This document shows positions 59,117 to 64,000 of a stretch of 64,000 bases of DNA, one piece after another (the stretch's first letter is position 1; each line of letters starts with the position of its first letter). The translations under genes were made by a program, and so were the position numbers. The notes beneath the pieces were generated by a model that saw only the letters and a list, made by a program, of their open reading frames with translations, was not told where the DNA came from and did not search any database. Source of the stretch: an uncultured Enterobacteriaceae bacterium (GTDB lineage: Bacteria > Pseudomonadota > Gammaproteobacteria > Ga0077536); contig CAZFZX010000001.1 in the NCBI GenBank assembly GCA_964523765.1, positions 28,332-92,331 of the forward strand, written 5' to 3'.

Positions 59117-60430
59117 CTATTTTCGTATCGGCCCCCATGCCGGTTCGCGCACTTCGCCTTTTTGCAGGGCCAAACGCTGGCGCACTCGCCCATCGACCGA
59201 AACCGCGGCCAATTCGGCTCCGGTTTTGCCCATTGTCGCATAAATTATCATCGCGCCGTTCGGCGCGAAGCTTGGCGATTCGTCGAGGCGCGCGTCGGTC
59301 AATATATCGAAATGATCCTTCTCCAGATCAACTAATGCGATGCGATAACCCTTGTCGCCGCCGTTGACCACGGCCATCAAACTGCCGTCCGGCGACAGGC
59401 TGGCCCGCGAATTGTAGTTTCCCATGTTGAACGTCTGGCGCTCGGGCTTTCCTCCGCCAACAGCGAGACGATAGATTTGGGGGCCGCCGCCGCGGTCCGA
59501 GGTAAACATGATGTGGCGCCCATCCGGTGTCCAGCGGGCTTCGGTGTCGATTGCCGGGTGGGTCGTTAGCCGCCGCTTCTTGCCAGTGCTCAAATCCAGT
59601 ACGTAAATATCGGGATTACCGTCGAGCGAGCGCGTAAGAGCCAGACGGCGGCCGTCAGGAGAAAAGGCAGGAGAACTGTTGATGCCACGACCCGCCGCTA
59701 CTTTTTCCCGTTGCCCGGTTCGTATATTTTGGACGTAGACGGCCGAGTTTCGCTCCTCGAAGGATACATAGGCCAGTCGGTCGCCCAGCGGCGACCAATC
59801 GGGCGACAACAGCGGCTCGCGTGACTCCAGGATCGTACGTGCATTATGGCCGTCCGAATCGGCAATCTGCAGTTGGTAACGGGTTTGGTTTTTACCAAGT
59901 TTCTCAACGGTAACGTAGGCAATCCGCGTCGCGAACGCTCCTTTCATCTTAAGAATCGCCTCGAAGATAATATCGCTGATATGGTGCGCCGTTAAACGGA
60001 GGTTCGCGATATTCGTCGGGATCCGAAACCCGGCGAGCTGTTTCGCCGTAATCACGTCGATGACGCGGAACTCGACTGCGAAAAGCGCCTCGCCGATTTG
60101 TTTGACTTGTCCGACCACCAGGTTATCCATTCCCAGTAAACGCCAATCCTTGAAATTGATTTCGGCGAAGGATCCCGGCCGCGACGGCAGATCGGCGGCT
60201 GGCATCGGTAGGAACCGCCCGCTGCGTCGCAAATCTGCGGAAACGACCGCGCTCACGTCCTCCGGCGGAACGACTTCAGCCTGCCAATCGAACGGCACGA
60301 TAGCGATGGGCAGCGCACTCTCGATACCCTGAGTGATCCGGATTTCCAACAATTCGCGAGATTGCGCGGGCATCGCTACGGCGGCGAATATCAAAATGAT
60401 GGATAACAAAAGTATGCTGAACAATTTCAC
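59117..60430 (-). CDS. tolB: Tol-Pal system beta-propeller protein TolB
   Basis: Signal peptide plus an N-domain and a 6-bladed propeller with repeated SP(A/D)WSPDG motifs. Confidence 0.95.
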   Translation of the reverse strand: MKLFSILLLSIILIFAAVAMPAQSRELLEIRITQGIESALPIAIVPFDWQAEVVPPEDVSAVVSADLRRSGRFLPMPAADLPSRPGSFAEINFKDWRLLGMDNLVVGQVKQIGEALFAVEFRVIDVITAKQLAGFRIPTNIANLRLTAHHISDIIFEAILKMKGAFATRIAYVTVEKLGKNQTRYQLQIADSDGHNARTILESREPLLSPDWSPLGDRLAYVSFEERNSAVYVQNIRTGQREKVAAGRGINSSPAFSPDGRRLALTRSLDGNPDIYVLDLSTGKKRRLTTHPAIDTEARWTPDGRHIMFTSDRGGGPQIYRLAVGGGKPERQTFNMGNYNSRASLSPDGSLMAVVNGGDKGYRIALVDLEKDHFDILTDARLDESPSFAPNGAMIIYATMGKTGAELAAVSVDGRVRQRLALQKGEVREPAWGPIRK

Positions 60431-60433
60431 GAA

Positions 60434-61273
60434 TTACTGCTCCGGATCGAAAACGAATATTATTTCACGCATGCGTTGAAACAGCCGCGGATCAGACGGT
60501 ATAGGCAACGGTGCGGCTTTACGCAAAGCATTCTCCGCCTGCCGATCGAAAGCCGCGTTTCCGCTGGATTGAGTCACCTGCGCGTCCACGACCTCTCCGC
60601 CGGGAATGATACGTACGTATAGCGTGCAGTTGAGTCCGTCTTCAAGGTCAGGGTAGATAAAAACACTGGCTACTTTCGTTCTTATGGCCTCTATGTAACG
60701 AGCGATCTCGGCGTCGTCGGTGCGCCGTTGTTCCTCGACCTCATTTTCTTTCTCCTCATTAGCGAGCGCTTCGCGCAGCGCTTCCACCTCTTGACGCGCC
60801 TTTTGCTCTTCGAGTTTCCTTAAGTTCTCGGCGAGCCGCCGCTTTTCTTCCTCCGCTTTGCGCTTGTCTTCTTGGGCCTTTTCCCGCGCCCGCTCTTCTT
60901 TCCGTTCGCGCTCGGCAAGGCGCAATTTTTCCCTCTCCAATTTTTTCTTTTCCGCCGCGATTCTTCGTTTTTGTTCGACCTGCGCTTTCTTCAATTCTTT
61001 CAGCTTCTGCTCTTCGGCGCGCCGCTTCTTTTGAGCTTCCGCAGCCTTCTTTTCGGCCTCCCGCCGCTTCTGGTCCTCGGCGTCTTTGAGCCGGCGTGCT
61101 TCTTCCTCGATCGCTCTTTGATCCACGACACGGGCTTTCACAATCGGTGTCACGACCGCCGGGGCGGGATCAGATTGAGACTTCATGTCCGTGGTTGTAA
61201 CAAGTACCAACACGACGATCGCGTGCAACACGAGCGCGTAGGCGAACGCGCGTGATTTTCCGATTCGACCCAT
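60434..61273 (-). CDS. tolA: Tol-Pal system protein TolA
   Basis: N-terminal TM anchor, a long Lys/Glu/Ala-rich helical domain II and a conserved C-terminal domain. Confidence 0.85.
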   Translation of the reverse strand: MGRIGKSRAFAYALVLHAIVVLVLVTTTDMKSQSDPAPAVVTPIVKARVVDQRAIEEEARRLKDAEDQKRREAEKKAAEAQKKRRAEEQKLKELKKAQVEQKRRIAAEKKKLEREKLRLAERERKEERAREKAQEDKRKAEEEKRRLAENLRKLEEQKARQEVEALREALANEEKENEVEEQRRTDDAEIARYIEAIRTKVASVFIYPDLEDGLNCTLYVRIIPGGEVVDAQVTQSSGNAAFDRQAENALRKAAPLPIPSDPRLFQRMREIIFVFDPEQ

Positions 61274-61485
61274 TACCGTGCAGGCCCGCGAAAAACCTTC
61301 ATGACGCGCCGGTTCTCACGCTGCAACAGGCGCTGGTTTTCGGCGCCGCATGCGCGTCGCTTGGCGCCCCGGGTCCACGGTACGAATTCTGCTTGATTTG
61401 CCGGCGCTTATTGCAGGGCGGCGTACTGCCATAGTCAGATTTCCAATAGTCCTTCCGGATTCCGGACAAATATCCCGCCCGATTG

Positions 61486-61654
61486 CCCAGGGGAACCTCC
61501 GATTTATTCGTGGAACGTCGCCTCGCGCCCAAAACCTTTCAGTCTGCGTTGCGTGGCGGCCTATAGTCATAGTCATTACCCCCGCGCCCCGCCTCGGCCT
61601 GAACGATTTTGGCCGGTAAATCGACTGTCCAAGAACAAATCACGGGTTCCTTAG
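61486..61654. repeat. copy D of the element, inverted relative to A-C (tolR-tolA spacer inside the tolQRAB operon)
   Basis: CCCAGGGGAACCTCCGATTTATTCGTGGAACGTCGCC ... CGACTGTCCAAGAACAAATCACGGGTTCCTTAG aligns over its whole length with the reverse complement of copy A. The terminal CCTTAG contains the tolR TAA stop codon. Confidence 0.75.
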
Positions 61655-62076
61655 TTCTCCGGGGGCTCCGTGACGAGACCGACACTCTCCACCCCGGCGC
61701 CTTGCAACATTGCCATCGCGGCTACGACTCGACCGTAAGGGACGCCGCGATCACCTTTGATCAAAAACTGAATGTCGGGACGATATTTCAATAGGCCGGC
61801 GACGCGCTTGGCCAGCGTCTGATCATCGACCGCTTCGTTGGGGTCGTCTCCATAGTCGATATAAACGGCGCCGCCGGCATCGACGGTGACCATCACGGGC
61901 TCCTGTTGCGACGGCGGAATCACTTCTGAGGGTGCCTGCGGCAGGTCAATCTTGACACCTTGGGTGATCAAAGGCGCCGTGATCATGAAAATGATCAGCA
62001 ATACCAACATCACGTCGATATACGGTACCACGTTGATCTCCGCCATCAAGCGAGCGCGTGAACGTCGATATTTCAT
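61651..62076 (-). CDS. tolR: Tol-Pal system protein TolR (ExbD family)
   Basis: EINVVPYIDVMLVLLIIFM TM motif; 141 aa. The TAA stop lies inside the repeat-element terminus. Confidence 0.9.
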   Translation of the reverse strand: MKYRRSRARLMAEINVVPYIDVMLVLLIIFMITAPLITQGVKIDLPQAPSEVIPPSQQEPVMVTVDAGGAVYIDYGDDPNEAVDDQTLAKRVAGLLKYRPDIQFLIKGDRGVPYGRVVAAMAMLQGAGVESVGLVTEPPEN

Positions 62077-62083
62077 CGGCCGC

Positions 62084-62779
62084 TCAAGCGTGCGCCTGCC
62101 GTTGCAATATCGCGGAGAATTCTTCCAGGAAGATTTCGTAGCTAGCGTAAAGCCGATCGATCTCGCTCGAAAAACGATTGTAGCCGATGACCGCCGGGAT
62201 GGCCGCGAACAAACCCATAGCCGTTGCCACCAGTGCCTCGGAGATCCCGGGCGCCACCATGGCCAGGGTTGCTTGATGCACGTTCCCCAAAGCCTGAAAC
62301 GAATTCATGATCCCCCATACCGTGCCGAACAAACCGACGTAGGGGCTCACCGAACCAACTGTTGCGAGTATCGGCAGGTTTGCTTCGAGCACCTCCAGCT
62401 GCCGGCTCACGGCGATCCGCATCGCGCGTTGGGTACCGTCGAGGACCGCGGCCGCGTCAAAACCTTCGCGGTTGTGCAAGCGGGCATATTCCTTGAACCC
62501 CGCTTCGAAAATCTTCTCCATTCCGTCGGCCGTCCCCCGTTTTCCGGTCACCCGGTTGAACAGCGCGGTGAGATCTTCGGCCGCCCTGAACTGGTCTTCG
62601 AAAAGCCGCGCCTCGCGTTTCGACGAGCGTAGTTCGCGGCGCTTAATGAATATCAGGGTCCATGAGGCCACCGATGCGACCAGCAAGACGATCATGACCA
62701 ACTTGACGAGGAAACTAGCCCCGATGATCAGGCTCGTGATCGACAGATCAGCATGCATTGCATACCTCCATATAGACAT
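62084..62779 (-). CDS. tolQ: Tol-Pal system protein TolQ (MotA/ExbB family)
   Basis: 231 aa with 3 TM helices and a conserved C-terminal ...GLFAAIPAVIGYN segment. Confidence 0.95.
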   Translation of the reverse strand: MSIWRYAMHADLSITSLIIGASFLVKLVMIVLLVASVASWTLIFIKRRELRSSKREARLFEDQFRAAEDLTALFNRVTGKRGTADGMEKIFEAGFKEYARLHNREGFDAAAVLDGTQRAMRIAVSRQLEVLEANLPILATVGSVSPYVGLFGTVWGIMNSFQALGNVHQATLAMVAPGISEALVATAMGLFAAIPAVIGYNRFSSEIDRLYASYEIFLEEFSAILQRQAHA

Positions 62780-63170
62780 CGGGCGGCATCGCGGTCGGCC
62801 TCATGCTGTACACTTGTACGCATCCGACCTTCACGGTAGCCAGGCTGAGTAGTTCATCGGCGGCGACGACTCTTTGTTCAAACTCGAGGCTGGCTCGGCC
62901 GTGGCGCAATACGCGCGAGACGACGGCAATTTCATCATTGAATCGCGCCGGCCGAAGGTAATCTATGGAAATCCTTCGGACAACAAACGCGATGCCAGCA
63001 TCCGCGCCGAGCTTGTCCTGCTCGTAGCCTATCCGCCTCAACCATTCGGTGCGCGCGCGCTCCATGAACCTCAGATAGTTGGCGTGGTATACGATCCCCG
63101 CGGCGTCGGTATCCTCGTAGTAGACCCTTATCGGCCAGCTGAATTCCCGCAACCCGCTTTCGAGCGCCAT
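62748..63170 (-). CDS. ybgC: Tol-Pal-associated acyl-CoA thioesterase (hotdog fold)
   Basis: FSWPIRVYYEDTDAAGIVYHANY 4HBT motif; overlaps tolQ. Confidence 0.85.
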   Translation of the reverse strand: MALESGLREFSWPIRVYYEDTDAAGIVYHANYLRFMERARTEWLRRIGYEQDKLGADAGIAFVVRRISIDYLRPARFNDEIAVVSRVLRHGRASLEFEQRVVAADELLSLATVKVGCVQVYSMRPTAMPPDVYMEVCNAC

Positions 63171-63172
63171 AT

Positions 63173-64000
63173 TCAGTCTGCCGCCCCGGACGGATCGAAC
63201 AAGTCCTGGACGGCCGAGTCTCCGACCGGCGGCGCGATACCAAAATGTGTCCAGGCGGTGCGGGTAGCCATTCTTCCTCGCGGCGTGCGCATGAGAAAGC
63301 CCTGCTGGATCAGATATGGCTCGAGTACGTCTTCGATCGTGCCGCGCTCTTCCCCGATCGCGGCGGCGATACTATCCACCCCGACCGGCCCGCCGTCGAA
63401 TTTCTGGATAACGGCCAGGAGCAACTTACGATCCATCATGTCGAACCCGTTGATGTCGACATTGAGCATGTCGAGCGCGCGCGCGGCAACATCCTCGGTG
63501 AGCTGTCCGTCTGCCTTTACTTCCGCGTAGTCTCTTGCGCGCCGGAGCAACCGGTTCGCGATCCGGGGGGTCCCGCGCGCCCTGCGCGCGATTTCCGTCG
63601 CACCACGAACGTCGATCGCGACATCGAGAATCTTCGCCGCGCGCAGCACTATCGTCGTCAGGTCTTCGGTCGAATAGAATTCCAGACGTTGAACGATACC
63701 GAAACGATCGCGTAGCGGTGAGGTCAACAGACCCGCTCGCGTCGTCGCGCCAACCAGCGTGAAAGACGGTAAATCGAGCTTTATCGCTCGCGCCGCGGGA
63801 CCTTCCCCGATCATGATGTCGAGCTGATAATCTTCCATCGCCGGATAAAGAATCTCTTCGACCACGGGGCTCAAGCGATGAATCTCGTCGATAAACAAAA
63901 CGTCGTGCGGTTCAAGATTCGTCAGTAAGGCGGCGAGGTCACCCGCTCGCTCGAGAACCGGCCCCGAAGTGTGCCGGAGATTGACCTGCAATTCGTTCGC
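63173..64000 (-). CDS. ruvB: Holliday junction branch migration helicase RuvB (C-terminal ~275 aa; N-terminus beyond window end)
   Basis: LFIDEIHRL (Walker B / sensor) and RTPRGR motifs. The reading frame stays open to position 64000. Confidence 0.95.
   Translation of the reverse strand, partial: ANELQVNLRHTSGPVLERAGDLAALLTNLEPHDVLFIDEIHRLSPVVEEILYPAMEDYQLDIMIGEGPAARAIKLDLPSFTLVGATTRAGLLTSPLRDRFGIVQRLEFYSTEDLTTIVLRAAKILDVAIDVRGATEIARRARGTPRIANRLLRRARDYAEVKADGQLTEDVAARALDMLNVDINGFDMMDRKLLLAVIQKFDGGPVGVDSIAAAIGEERGTIEDVLEPYLIQQGFLMRTPRGRMATRTAWTHFGIAPPVGDSAVQDLFDPSGAAD

Noticed and set aside
60700-61100. Highly repetitive Lys/Glu/Ala-rich coding repeats
   Set aside because: This is the characteristic helical domain II of TolA. 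It is an ordinary feature of this protein, not a mobile or CRISPR-like repeat.

Overview
This is a high-GC (roughly 58-60%) chromosomal segment from a gammaproteobacterium with Pseudomonas-like synteny; almost all of it is conserved housekeeping operons. In order along the window: sufS (3' end) and a SufT-like DUF59 protein; ndk, rlmN, pilW/pilF, rodZ, hisS, yfgM, bamB and der; dapA, bamC and an MBL-fold hydrolase on the minus strand; gcvR; a PIN-PhoH (PhoH2) protein; an AI-2E transporter; a YgiF-like CYTH-CHAD protein, a ParA-like ATPase and queG with overlapping stop/start codons; a second orphan ParA-like ATPase; a large acyltransferase-esterase fusion protein; rpe; trpG, trpD and trpC; a VOC protein, a class II aldolase and ilvA; rpiA; tatCBA, hisE, hisI, hisF and hisA; polA; a DUF2782-like protein and thrB; an OmpA-family lipoprotein; mgtE; ptsI, an HPr-type carrier, rapZ, ptsN, hpf and rpoN; lptB, lptA, lptC, kdsC and kdsD; a CaCA antiporter; a murU-like nucleotidyltransferase; mltF; queC and queE; cpoB, pal, tolB, tolA, tolR, tolQ and ybgC; ruvB (partial). 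I found no rRNA, tRNA or CRISPR array. The most unusual feature is a family of about 155-460 bp elements bounded by roughly 30-bp terminal inverted repeats. Four copies precisely fill intergenic spacers inside conserved operons (ilvA|aldolase, ptsI|mgtE, rpoN|hpf, tolR|tolA), and their termini abut start codons or supply stop codons of the flanking genes. Also notable are an unrelated 24-bp inverted-repeat element between bamB and der, a candidate polyphosphate-granule module (CYTH-CHAD protein plus ParA-like ATPase), a second orphan ParA, and an acyltransferase-carboxylesterase fusion. ispG is missing from its canonical position between rodZ and hisS. All coordinates come from reading the sequence by eye. 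Several start codons were chosen by homology and SD inspection rather than taken from the first ATG of the ORF track.
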